From positions 2,467,705 to 2,531,704 of the forward strand of contig NZ_JAHHDS010000003.1 of NCBI RefSeq assembly GCF_019739195.1: 64,000 nucleotides of DNA. The letters run 5' to 3'. Positions 8,487 through 18,101 of the stretch are shown in pieces. The stretch's first letter is position 1; every line of letters starts with the position of its first letter. The notes beneath the pieces are model-generated. The model was not told where the DNA came from. It did no database searches and worked only from the letters and a program-made list of their open reading frames with translations. Both the position numbers and the translations under genes were made by a program. Source of the DNA: Microcella sp. (GTDB lineage Bacteria > Actinomycetota > Actinomycetes > Actinomycetales > Microbacteriaceae).

Positions 8487-8975
8487 GTGCTCATTCGCCC
8501 CCTCACCGCCGCCGACGCCGACGAACTCGCCCTGCTCAACGACGCCGCGACCCCCGCCGTGCCGATCACCGAGCCGGCGGGCCTGGCGCGCCTCGTCGAG
8601 CTCGCCGAGCTGGCCCTCGGTCTCGAGCGCGACGGGCAGCTTGTGGGCTTCGTCATCGCGATCGGCCCCGGGTCGCCCTACGAGAGCGAGAACTACGCCT
8701 ACTTCGAGTCGCGCGGCGTCGACCACCTCTATGTCGACCGCATCGTCATCGCCGAGAGCGAGCGCGGCAATGGTCTCGGCCCGATGCTCTACGAGCAGGT
8801 GTTCGCGGCCGCGCGCGCAGCGGGTCGGCGCGATGTGACGTGTGAGGTCAACCTCGACCCGCCGAACCCGGGCAGCCAGGCGTTCCACGCTCGCCTCGGG
8901 TTCGAGCAGGTCGGCGTGCAGTCGACCAAGGGCGGCGCGGTGACCGTGTCGCTGCTCGCCGCGCCCGTGGCGTGA
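8487..8975 (+). CDS. GNAT family N-acetyltransferase
   Basis: Acetyl-CoA motif A RGNGLGPMLY is followed by a GFE C-terminal strand. I chose the GTG at 8487, which has TAGCCT 5 nt upstream; the longer tracked ORF would overlap the divergent gene. Confidence 0.75.
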   Translation: MLIRPLTAADADELALLNDAATPAVPITEPAGLARLVELAELALGLERDGQLVGFVIAIGPGSPYESENYAYFESRGVDHLYVDRIVIAESERGNGLGPMLYEQVFAAARAAGRRDVTCEVNLDPPNPGSQAFHARLGFEQVGVQSTKGGAVTVSLLAAPVA

Positions 8976-8988
8976 GCCGCACGACAGG

Positions 8989-9633
8989 TCAGCGCTGCTG
9001 GCCGTTCTTGGGCATCCACTCGGCGGCCAGCACGGCGGCCTGCGTGCGCCGCTGCATGCCGAGCTTCGAGAGAATTCCGCTGACGTAGTTCTTGACCGTC
9101 TTCTCGGCGAGAAACAGTCGCGCGCCGATCTCGCGATTCGACAGGCCCTCGGCGATGAGGGCGAGAATCTCGGTCTCGCGCGGAGTCAAGCCGTCGAGCG
9201 GTGACGCTTCGCGGGCGCGGCTCAGCACGCGCTCGGTGACGGCAGGGTCGAGCAGCATCTCGCCCGCCGAGACGCGGCGGATCGCCTCGATGAGGCTCGT
9301 CGCGCGCACCTCTTTCAGCAGGTAGCCGTTGGCGCCGGCGAGCACAGCAGCGAGCACGGCCTCGTCGTCGTCGTATGAGGTGAGAATGAGGCAGCCGAGC
9401 TCAGGGCGCTCTGATTTGAGGTCTCGGCAGACGTCGATGCCGCTGCCGTCGGGCAGCCGACCGTCGAGCACGGCAACGGTCGCGCCCGACGCGAGAATCG
9501 CGTCGGCGGCCCCGGCGACGACCCCTGCTTCGCCGACGACGCTGATGTCGTCTTCCTGCTCGAGCAGGTCGGCGATGCCGCGCCGCACGATCTCATGATC
9601 GTCGAGCAGGAACACGCTCACAGGAATGTTCAT
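8989..9633 (-). CDS. NarL/LuxR-family response regulator (DevR/DosR-like architecture)
   Basis: REC domain (FLLDDHEIVRRG, VAVLDGRLPDGSG, ILTSY, GYLLKE) plus a LuxR HTH (LTPRETEILALIAEGLSNREIGARLFLAEKTVKNYVSGILSKLG). ATG 9633 overlaps the kinase stop (ATGA). Confidence 0.9.
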   Translation of the reverse strand: MNIPVSVFLLDDHEIVRRGIADLLEQEDDISVVGEAGVVAGAADAILASGATVAVLDGRLPDGSGIDVCRDLKSERPELGCLILTSYDDDEAVLAAVLAGANGYLLKEVRATSLIEAIRRVSAGEMLLDPAVTERVLSRAREASPLDGLTPRETEILALIAEGLSNREIGARLFLAEKTVKNYVSGILSKLGMQRRTQAAVLAAEWMPKNGQQR

Positions 9634-11221
9634 CGTGCCTCCCAGGGTACGCTCCAATACACCTGAGTTCCCTGAGGTGAAGCCTTTTCAATCACGAAAG
9701 TTCCGCCGCGCTCGCGGGCACGTGCCTCGAGATTGCCTAAACCGCTGCGCCGGTCGGTCTCGGGCATGCCCACGCCGTTGTCGCGCACTGTCACGATCAC
9801 CTCTGCACCGCGTACCGCGACGCTCGCCTCGACCACCGTGGCCTGGGCATGCCGCACGACGTTCGAGAGCGACTCGCGCAACACGGCGGCGACCTCGTCG
9901 CCGAGCTCGGTGTTGACGAGCGTGTCGACGGGGCCCGCGAACTCAAGGCGCGAATCGAGGGTCTCGCCTTCAAGGGTCTCGCGCATGAGCGTGTTGATGC
10001 GCGCTCGCAGGCTGTGCATGCCCGCGCTCGCCGGCGTCGATAGTCGGTAAATCGCCTGACGGATCTGCCGGATCGTCGAGTCGATCGCGTCGACCTGCCC
10101 CGCGATGCGTGCGCCGCTCGACGTGGAGGGGTCACCCACGACGCTCTGCAGGCTGAGCCCGACGGCGAACAGGCTCTGAATCACGTGGTCGTGCAGGTCG
10201 CGCGCGATGCGGTCGCGCTCATCGGCGAGCGCGATGCGCTGCTCGTCGATGCGCGCCCCCGCGAGTTCGCGCGCGATGGCTACCGACCGTGCGAAGCGCG
10301 TGATGGTCTCGCGCTCGGCGGCGCTGAACGGGTGGCCGTGCGCTCCGCGCGCGATGCCGAGCTCGCACGACTCGCGGTCGGCGCTGCCCTGCATGGGCAC
10401 GATGAGCGTGGGCCCGGGGTCGGAATCGCCGGCCAGGCGGACGAGCTCGCTGCGGGCATCCGTCGCCGCGTGATCGGCGTTGACGATGACCACATGCGGG
10501 GCGTGCGAGAGCTGGCGCACGACGTCGACGATCGCTGGCACCTCGTCGGAGCCGATCGCGCCCGACAGCAGGTTCTGCGTGAGCTGCTCTGAGGCGGTCA
10601 GCCAGCGGCGGTCTTCTTGCGACTGCTCGTAGAGTCGCGAGTTGGCGATCGCCGTGCCTGCCATGGCCGCAAGCGCCGCGATGATCGATTCGTCGACGTC
10701 GTCGAAGGCACCCTCGCTGCGCTCAGTGAGGTAGAGGTTGCCAAAGACCGTGCCGTCAACATGGATGGGCACGCCGAGAAAGGCGTCCATGGGCGGGTGG
10801 TGAGGCGGAAAACCGACCGACCGCGGGTCACGCGACAAGTGATCGAGACGGATGCTCGCACCCTCGGTGATCACGGCGCCGAGAATGCCCTTTCCGCTCG
10901 GCGGCTCGCCGAGCAGCCGCACCTGCTCGTCGCTCAGCCCCGAGTGCAAGAAGCGCTCGAGGGCACCGTCGGGGCCGATGACGCCGAGCGCGCCGTACTG
11001 CGCGCCGACGAGCTCGCGGGCCACGGCGACAATGCGTTGCAGGGCTGCCGTCAGCTCGAGATCTTCGGTGACGGCACGCGCGGCCGAGACGAGCAGCCCG
11101 ATGCGATGGTAGCCCTCATCAGTCGTCGATGCCCGGTCGAGAATGCGCCGCACGAGCGCATCGACAACAGGGCTCTGCGCCGCGCCCGCCTCAACGGTGC
11201 GCGCCCGCTGCTCGGCAGACG

Positions 11222-11225
<4 letters not shown>
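9630..11225 (-). CDS. GAF-domain sensor histidine kinase (HisKA_3 type, DevS/DosS-like architecture)
   Basis: A long N-terminal GAF-like region is followed by H-box DRIARDLHDHVIQSLF, N-box ESLSNVVRHA, and G-boxes DNGVGM and GLGNLEARA. The GTG start overlaps the terC stop (GTGA). Confidence 0.85.
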
Positions 11226-12076
<851 letters not shown>

Positions 12077-12175
12077 CCCCGCATACTAGTGAGCGATGGT
12101 GAGGTTCCCGCCGAATCGCTTTCGCGGCGGCCGCGCTCGGCGATCTGCTCGATGTCGGCGACGAGTCGGCGTACA

Positions 12176-12290
12176 CTCGTGCTCGTACACGGGAGTCCGG
12201 TGAGCCGGGCTGAGAGGAAGCTCATTCCAAGCTTCGACCGTCGAACCTGATCCGGATCATGCCGGCGCAGGGAGGACTTCTCGCACCCGT
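12176..12290 (+). promoter_or_regulatory. TPP (THI-box) riboswitch
   Basis: The THI-box core is recognisable: ACGGGAGUCC..GGGCUGAGAG...ACCGUCGAACCUGAUCCGGAUCAUGCCGGCGCAGGGAGG. It lies upstream of the ykoE-like ATG at 12347. A GC hairpin (CGCGGGC-N11-GCCCGCG) follows, next to the SD GAAAGG. The boundaries are approximate. Confidence 0.85.
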
Positions 12291-12346
12291 GCCGACCGAA
12301 TTCGCGGGCGCGAACGCCGTGCCCGCGCTGAGCGAAAGGCACGCAT

Positions 12347-13045
12347 ATGACCAGCACCGCATCCCCCTCCACCCACGCCGCGCGCCCGAGCATGCGCTGG
12401 CGCGTCGTCGACATCGTCATCGCGAGCGTGCTCGGCGTCGGCGGCGGGCTCGTCTTCACACTGTGGAACCTCGTCTACTCGCCGCTCACCGCGCCGATCG
12501 AGGCGGTGCTGCCGGGCCTGCAGGCGCTCGTCTACGCGGTCTGGCTGTTTCCGGCCGTGCTCGTCGGGCTTATTGTGCGCAAGCCCGGCGCAGCCCTCTA
12601 TGGTGAGCTCGTCGCAGCCGCCGTCTCGGCGCTGCTCGGCGGGTTCTGGGGCTGGACGGCCCTGGCCTGGGGTCTCGTGCAGGGCCTCGGGGCCGAGCTC
12701 GTCTTCGCGATTCTGCTCTACCGCGCCTGGGGCCTCGTGCCCGCGATCCTCGCGGGAGTGGGCGCGGGAGCCGGCCTCACGATCATGGACCTCACGTTCT
12801 ACTACGCCGCCGCACGACCCGAGTTCATGGTCGTGTATGCCGTGAGTGCCATGCTCTCGGGCGCCGTCATCGCGGGCCTCGGCAGCTGGCTCATCGTGCG
12901 GGGCCTTGCGCGCACGGGTGCGCTCTCGCGCTTCGCGGCCGGTCGCGAGATCGCGCAGCGTACGGAGGTCGACGAGGTCGCGGCTGGTGCGCCCGCGTCG
13001 GCCAGCCCGGCCCCCGAGGCGCAGGAGCGCACATCGACCTCGTGA
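12347..13045 (+). CDS. ECF-type substrate-capture (S) component, YkoE-like (thiamine precursor/HMP uptake)
   Basis: 232-aa six-TM protein immediately downstream of the TPP riboswitch. It overlaps the ATPase gene by 4 bp. The context matches the ykoEDC arrangement known from Bacillus. Confidence 0.7.
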   Translation: MTSTASPSTHAARPSMRWRVVDIVIASVLGVGGGLVFTLWNLVYSPLTAPIEAVLPGLQALVYAVWLFPAVLVGLIVRKPGAALYGELVAAAVSALLGGFWGWTALAWGLVQGLGAELVFAILLYRAWGLVPAILAGVGAGAGLTIMDLTFYYAAARPEFMVVYAVSAMLSGAVIAGLGSWLIVRGLARTGALSRFAAGREIAQRTEVDEVAAGAPASASPAPEAQERTSTS

Positions 13046-15501
13046 CGACCGCGGCCGCAGCGCTCGGGGCGCACGACTGGGGCTGGACCCCCGCGGGCCG
13101 CTCGACGCCCGTGCTCGACGGGGTCGACCTCAGCATCGCTCCGGGCGAGCGCGTGCTGCTGCTCGGCGCCTCGGGCAGCGGCAAGTCGACGCTGCTGCAG
13201 GCATGGGCGGGCGTGCTCGGCGGGTCAGACGAGGGCGATCAGCGCGGCAGTCTGACGGTCGACGACCGCCCGGTGGCTGAGACGCGCGGTCGCGTCGGGC
13301 TGCTGTTGCAGGATCCGGATGCTCAGCTCGTGCTCGCCCGTGCCCGAGACGACGTGGCCTTTGGCCCCGAGAACCTCGGGGTGCCGGCCGCGCAGATCGT
13401 CGAGCGCGTCGACTCGTCGCTGCGGGCCGTCGGGCTCGACCTGCCCGCCGACGCCGAGGGCGCCCGGCTCTCGGGCGGGCAGCGCCAGCGGCTCGCGCTC
13501 GCCGGAGTGCTCGCGCTCGAGCCCGCGGCCCTGCTGCTCGATGAGCCGACCGCGCAGCTCGACCCGGCCGGCGTCGAGCAGGTCGCCCAGGCGGTCGCCG
13601 ACCTCGTGAGCGAGCGCGGCCTCACCCTCGTGGTCGTCGAGCACCGCGTGGACGTGTGGGCTGCCCTCGTCGATCGCGTGATCGTGCTCGATGGCGGCCG
13701 TGTGGTCGCCGACGGGCCCGTCGACGAGGTGCTGGCCGCGCAGGGTGCAGAGCTCGCGGCGCGCGGCGTGTGGGTTCCGGGGCGTGAGCCCGAGCATCCG
13801 CCCGCCGCCTCGTCACCGCTCGGCGAGGTGCTCGTGCAGACGGCGGGGCTCGACGTGCAGCCCGCGGGGGGCGAGTCGATCAGTCTCGGGCTCGACCTCG
13901 AGGTGCGCGCGGGCGAGGTCGTCGCGCTGACCGGACCCAACGGCAGCGGCAAGAGCACGCTGCTGCTCACTCTGGCAGGGCTGCTGCCGCCTGCCGCCGG
14001 CTCGATCGCGGCGCTTGAGGCGGGCGCGCCTGGCGACTGGAGCTCGTCCGACCTCGCCGCCCGCTTCGGCGTCGTGTTTCAGAACCCCGAGCACCAGTTC
14101 GTCGCGGGCACCGTGCGTGACGAACTCGCCGTCGGGCCGCGGGCGCTCGCTCGCGCCCGCGGTGACCGTGCTCGTGGGCTCTCCGCACCGCGTGCGGGGT
14201 CGCTCGACGACTCGCCCTTGCGCGCCGACGTTGCGGCGGGCCGGGCCGACGCGCTGCTCGACCGGCTCGGGCTGCGCCGGCTCGCGGGCGTGAGCCCCTT
14301 CTCACTCAGCGGCGGCGAGCAGCGCCGGCTCTCGGTCGCGACCGCGCTCGCCACCGCGCCGCCCGTGCTGCTGCTCGACGAGCCCACGTTCGGGCAAGAC
14401 TCGCGCACCTGGGCCGAGCTCGCCACCCTGCTTGCCGAGCACCGCGACGCCGGGGGAGCCGTCGTCATGGCGACCCACGACCGCGCCCTCGTCGAGGCAC
14501 TCGGCGCGCGCGAGGTCGCCCTGGCAGCACGTGCTCCTCAACCGGCGGTGTCGCAACCACCCGGTGAATCGCAGCCGGCACGGCGTGTCGCGGGCGACAC
14601 GCCGCGCGAGCCGGGCGAACTCCGGGGCGAGGCGACAGCGGGCGAGGCGACAGCGGGCGGGGCGACAGGGGGCGAGGCGACTGCGGGCGGGGATGGCGCG
14701 GGCTCGTCGGGCGCGAGTGCGAGGCGCGGGCAGACCAGGCTCGGCGAGCGGCTCAACCCGGTCGCGTCGATCGCGGCCTCGCTCGTGCCGGCCCTGCTGC
14801 TCGTCTCGACGATCGACGTGGTGTCGGCTGCGGTCGCCCTCGGCCTGCAGCTGATGCTCATACCCTTCTTGGGCATCCCGGCCCGTCTGCTGCTGCGGCG
14901 CATCGCCCCCATTCTCATCGCGGCCCCGTTCGCCGCCCTCACGATCGTCTTCTACGGCCAGCCGAGCGGCACGGTCTACGCCGAGTTCTGGCTCGTGAGC
15001 ATCAGCGACGGCTCGCTCGAGCTGGCCCTCGCCACCCTGCTGCGCATTCTGGCCATCGCGATTCCGGCCATCGCCCTGTTCTCGCGGCCCGATGCGACGC
15101 GGCTGGGGGATGCTCTCGGTCAGAACCTGCGCCTGCCCAGTCGCTTCGTGCTCGGGGGAGTCGCAGCCCTGCGACTGTTGACCGTGCTGCGCGACGACGC
15201 GCGGCTGCTCGAGCGGGCGCGTCGCGCGCGCGGCCTCGGCGATCGCGGCCGCGTGCGGCGTGCCGCGGGTCTGGTGTTCGCGCTACTCGTGCTGTCGATC
15301 CGCCGGGGGTCGGCGCTCGCGATCGGCATGGAGGCGCGCGGGTTCGGAGCCCCGGGGCCGCGCACGTGGATTCGGCCGTCGCCGTGGCGAGCATCCGACA
15401 CCGCTGTCGTCGCGATCGCCGTTCTCGTGTCGGTCGCCGCGGTGACCACGGCGGTGCTCGTCGGAACGTTCAACCCCGTGATCGGAGTGGTCGGTGGGTA
15501 G
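13042..15501 (+). CDS. Fused ECF transporter protein: ATPase-ATPase-transmembrane (YkoD-YkoC-like, A-A-T fusion)
   Basis: Two ABC cassettes are present (GASGSGKST/LSGGQRQRLALA/LLLDEPTAQLD and GPNGSGKST/LSGGEQRRLSVA/LLLDEPTFGQD). A low-complexity linker follows, then a CbiQ/EcfT-type domain with two ARG motifs (RARRARGLG, GMEARGFG). Confidence 0.85.
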   Translation: MTTAAAALGAHDWGWTPAGRSTPVLDGVDLSIAPGERVLLLGASGSGKSTLLQAWAGVLGGSDEGDQRGSLTVDDRPVAETRGRVGLLLQDPDAQLVLARARDDVAFGPENLGVPAAQIVERVDSSLRAVGLDLPADAEGARLSGGQRQRLALAGVLALEPAALLLDEPTAQLDPAGVEQVAQAVADLVSERGLTLVVVEHRVDVWAALVDRVIVLDGGRVVADGPVDEVLAAQGAELAARGVWVPGREPEHPPAASSPLGEVLVQTAGLDVQPAGGESISLGLDLEVRAGEVVALTGPNGSGKSTLLLTLAGLLPPAAGSIAALEAGAPGDWSSSDLAARFGVVFQNPEHQFVAGTVRDELAVGPRALARARGDRARGLSAPRAGSLDDSPLRADVAAGRADALLDRLGLRRLAGVSPFSLSGGEQRRLSVATALATAPPVLLLDEPTFGQDSRTWAELATLLAEHRDAGGAVVMATHDRALVEALGAREVALAARAPQPAVSQPPGESQPARRVAGDTPREPGELRGEATAGEATAGGATGGEATAGGDGAGSSGASARRGQTRLGERLNPVASIAASLVPALLLVSTIDVVSAAVALGLQLMLIPFLGIPARLLLRRIAPILIAAPFAALTIVFYGQPSGTVYAEFWLVSISDGSLELALATLLRILAIAIPAIALFSRPDATRLGDALGQNLRLPSRFVLGGVAALRLLTVLRDDARLLERARRARGLGDRGRVRRAAGLVFALLVLSIRRGSALAIGMEARGFGAPGPRTWIRPSPWRASDTAVVAIAVLVSVAAVTTAVLVGTFNPVIGVVGG
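14626..14690 (+). repeat. In-frame 15-bp tandem repeat (4-5 copies) encoding a GEATA-type linker
   Basis: GGCGAGGCGACAGCG occurs twice, followed by GGCGGGGCGACAGGG and GGCGAGGCGACTGCG. The encoded GEATAGEATAGGATGGEATAGG sits between the second ATPase and the T domain. Confidence 0.8.
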
Positions 15502-15979
15502 AGAGCGCATCACCCTCATCGACGGGCGGTCGGGCTCGGGCAAGACGACCTACGCGACCGAGCTCGCGCGCTCGACCGGCGCGCAGCTGCTGAGTCTCGA
15601 CGACGTGTATCCGGGGTGGGACGGCCTCGAGGCCGGCGAGGCCCACGTGCTGCGGCACGTCTTGCGTGCGCTCGCGACCGGGCAGCCCGCTCGCTGGCGG
15701 TCGTGGAACTGGGCGGATGCTCGCCCCGGCTCATGGCACGACCTCGACCCGATGTGCCCGCTCGTCGTCGAGGGCTGCGGCGCGATCAGCCCTGCAGCAC
15801 GGGCCTTGGCCGATCACGCCGTCTACCTCGAGCTGCCCGACGACGAGCGCCGCCGTCGCGCGATCGCCCGCGATGGCGAGCAGTTCGCGCGCAACTGGCA
15901 GCGCTGGGCGCGGCAGGAGGAGTGGCACGCGCGCCTGCACGATCCGCGCGGCACCGCCGACGAGGTGATCGACGGCTGA
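15494..15979 (+). CDS. P-loop nucleoside/small-molecule kinase-like protein (uridine-kinase/NMP-kinase fold), substrate unknown
   Basis: Walker A GRSGSGKTT at residues 11-19, Asp motif LSLDD, and an Arg-rich LID-like segment DDERRRRAIARDG. The GTG start overlaps the transporter gene by 8 nt. Confidence 0.7.
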   Translation: MGRERITLIDGRSGSGKTTYATELARSTGAQLLSLDDVYPGWDGLEAGEAHVLRHVLRALATGQPARWRSWNWADARPGSWHDLDPMCPLVVEGCGAISPAARALADHAVYLELPDDERRRRAIARDGEQFARNWQRWARQEEWHARLHDPRGTADEVIDG

Positions 15980-15985
15980 GGTAGA

Positions 15986-17200
15986 TCAGCCGAACCAGCG
16001 GCCGAACACCGTGGCGGGGTCGGCGAAGCGCCAGGCGACTCCCGGCTCGGTGATGGCGCTCGTCGACTCAAGGCGCGCCGTCTGCTGCTCGCCCCCGGCC
16101 GTGACGATGAGGCTGCCGGCGTCTGCGCCGCGGAAAATCGTTGAGCGTGAAGCCGTCTCGATGCGCACACCGAGGCCGTCGAGTTCGGTCGAACTGACCG
16201 AAATCGCTTCGGTCGCCACCAGGTCGGTCGACTGACCCCACGCGGAGCGCGCGACGCCGACGACGCCCCCGGCGGCCACGACCTCAACCTCGCGCACGGC
16301 CTCGCGCAGGCCAGCGACGAGCGCGCTGGCTGCCGATTCAGCGGCAGGGTAGCTCGGCTGGCCGAGCATCGCGATGATGATCGTCTCGTCGCCCATCGGC
16401 ACGGCCAGCAGCACGCAGACGCCGGCCGCGTCGGTGTACGAACGCACGAGCCCGACGGTGCCGAGCTCGGGAAGAAACGCGGCCTGGTCGCTGAAACTCG
16501 AACCGGCCGAGGTTGTGCGCGGGCGGGTGTCGAGCAGGTCGGCGAGGGCGGGATTCGCGAGCGCGAGCTGCCCGAGCCGCGCCAGGTCGCTCGCGGTCGA
16601 GCGCGAGCCGGGGTCGAGACCCGTGCCGTCGGTCACCGTCGTGCTCGAGAGCCCCTGCTCGTCGAGCCACGCGGCGGCCGCCTCGAGATAGTCGTCGAGC
16701 CCGCCGAACACGGCGTCGATGAGCAGCTCCGCCGTGTTGTTGCCCGAGCCGAGCAGGGTCGCGGCGATGAGGTCTCGGCGGGTAAGGGTCTGCCCGAACT
16801 GCACCGGCACAGTGCGGGCGCCGGCGGCATCAAGTTCGCGATACCGGTCAACTGCAGCCTGATCGATCGTGATCGCTGGCCCCGTTCCACCCGGTGCGAG
16901 CGGCTCGGCGTCGAGCACCACGCTCACGAGAACGAGTTTGGCGGCGCCCGCGATCGCTCGCGGCTCGGTGCTGCCGCTCGCGACGATGGAGCCGCTCTCG
17001 GCGAGAGCGGCCGTCGAGCCCGCGTCGGGCAGCGTGAGCGATTCGCTCCAACTGCCGTCGACGGCCGAGCTCAGCGTCTGCTCGACGTGCAGCCGCGGCA
17101 ACGGGCTGAGCATGGCGGCGGCTGCATAGGCGAGCACAGCGACGACGACCAGAGCGAGCATCCCGCTCACGATGCCGCGCACCCGACGCGCGCGACTCAT
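15986..17200 (-). CDS. Peptidase S11 (D-Ala-D-Ala carboxypeptidase/PBP5)-like protein with a degenerate active site
   Basis: N-terminal TM anchor. The family motifs align as IAGAAKL (expected SxxK), GSGNNTAELL (SxN retained), TDGTGLD...STASDLARL, and GLVRSYTDAAGVC (expected KTG). ATG 17200 overlaps the upstream stop (ATGA). Confidence 0.75.
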   Translation of the reverse strand: MSRARRVRGIVSGMLALVVVAVLAYAAAAMLSPLPRLHVEQTLSSAVDGSWSESLTLPDAGSTAALAESGSIVASGSTEPRAIAGAAKLVLVSVVLDAEPLAPGGTGPAITIDQAAVDRYRELDAAGARTVPVQFGQTLTRRDLIAATLLGSGNNTAELLIDAVFGGLDDYLEAAAAWLDEQGLSSTTVTDGTGLDPGSRSTASDLARLGQLALANPALADLLDTRPRTTSAGSSFSDQAAFLPELGTVGLVRSYTDAAGVCVLLAVPMGDETIIIAMLGQPSYPAAESAASALVAGLREAVREVEVVAAGGVVGVARSAWGQSTDLVATEAISVSSTELDGLGVRIETASRSTIFRGADAGSLIVTAGGEQQTARLESTSAITEPGVAWRFADPATVFGRWFG

Positions 17201-17571
17201 GCCCACCCCAGGCGGTGCAGCTCGTCGTCGTCGATTCCGTAGAAGTGGGCGATCTCGTGCACGAGAGTCACGTGAATCTGGTCGCGCAGCTCGTCGAGGT
17301 CGGCGCTGATCGCGAGTAAGGGCTCGCGGTAGAGAATGATGCGGTCGGGCAGCTCGCCGAAGCCGTATTGCCCGCGATCGGTGAGCGCCGTGCCCTCGTA
17401 GAGCCCGAGCAGATCGAGTGAGCCGTCGTCGGGCCGAGCCTCGGTCACGAAGACGACGTTCTCGAGCCCCTCGACCATCTCGTCGGGCAGGGCGTCGAGC
17501 TCATCGACGACGAGTTCTTCGAACGCGGCCTCGTCGAGCTCGAGCGGCGATGCCGTCGCCTCGTCGGTCAT
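17197..17571 (-). CDS. Small zincin-like metallopeptidase family protein (HExxH)
   Basis: 124 aa with a C-terminal HEIAHFYGIDD motif and an acidic N-terminus. Both ends overlap neighbouring genes by ATGA. Confidence 0.75.
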   Translation of the reverse strand: MTDEATASPLELDEAAFEELVVDELDALPDEMVEGLENVVFVTEARPDDGSLDLLGLYEGTALTDRGQYGFGELPDRIILYREPLLAISADLDELRDQIHVTLVHEIAHFYGIDDDELHRLGWA

Positions 17572-18101
17572 GATGACTCTGACGTCGACGACTGCTCTGC
17601 GCGCTCGAGCACCTGCACGAGAGCGTCCTGCATCCAGGCCAGCAGGTCGTAGACATCGCGCAGGCCGGGCTCGGCGAAGGTGCCTTCGTCGCCGTCGACG
17701 ACGATGCCCATGCGGTCGGCGATGACGAGGCGCAGATCGCCGAGGCCGCGCACCCAGTCGAGTGCGACCTCTGTCGAGAGGCGAACGGTGCGCGCTTCGT
17801 CGCTCTCGACGCCGGGGGCGAGCGCGCTCGAGAGCGAGTGCGCGAAGCCGATCTTACGGTCGACGAGACCCCGGCGGCTCAGCCGGCGCCACTCGTCGGC
17901 GAGCTCGGGGTCAGAGCGATAGGCGTCAGGCAACAGCCTCAGTACGGCCGAGTCGGTGTCGACGGGCGACTCGAGCGACTCGGCCAGCAAAGCCTGCAGC
18001 TGGTCGGCGAGCGAGACGAGAATGCTTGCCTCTGCCGGTTCGACCACGGCGATGCCGATGACGCTGTCGTCGTCATCGGGCTCTGCGGCGCTGATTTTCA
18101 T
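17568..18101 (-). CDS. DUF2017-like conserved actinobacterial protein (ClpS-associated)
   Basis: 177-aa acidic protein directly downstream of clpS with an ATGA overlap. I trimmed tracked ORF 17568..18533 to the ATG at 18101. The family call is from memory of the conserved clpS neighbourhood. Confidence 0.65.
   Translation of the reverse strand: MKISAAEPDDDDSVIGIAVVEPAEASILVSLADQLQALLAESLESPVDTDSAVLRLLPDAYRSDPELADEWRRLSRRGLVDRKIGFAHSLSSALAPGVESDEARTVRLSTEVALDWVRGLGDLRLVIADRMGIVVDGDEGTFAEPGLRDVYDLLAWMQDALVQVLERAEQSSTSESS

Noticed and set aside
12077-12175. I looked for a yybP-ykoY (Mn) riboswitch in front of terC, where one is commonly found.
   Set aside because: Only about 100 nt separate the terC ATG from the oppositely oriented TPP aptamer, and I could not recognise the conserved yybP-ykoY core on the minus strand. 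A TAGTAT hexamer 6 nt from the ATG suggests a leaderless mRNA instead. A cmscan with RF00080 would settle it.
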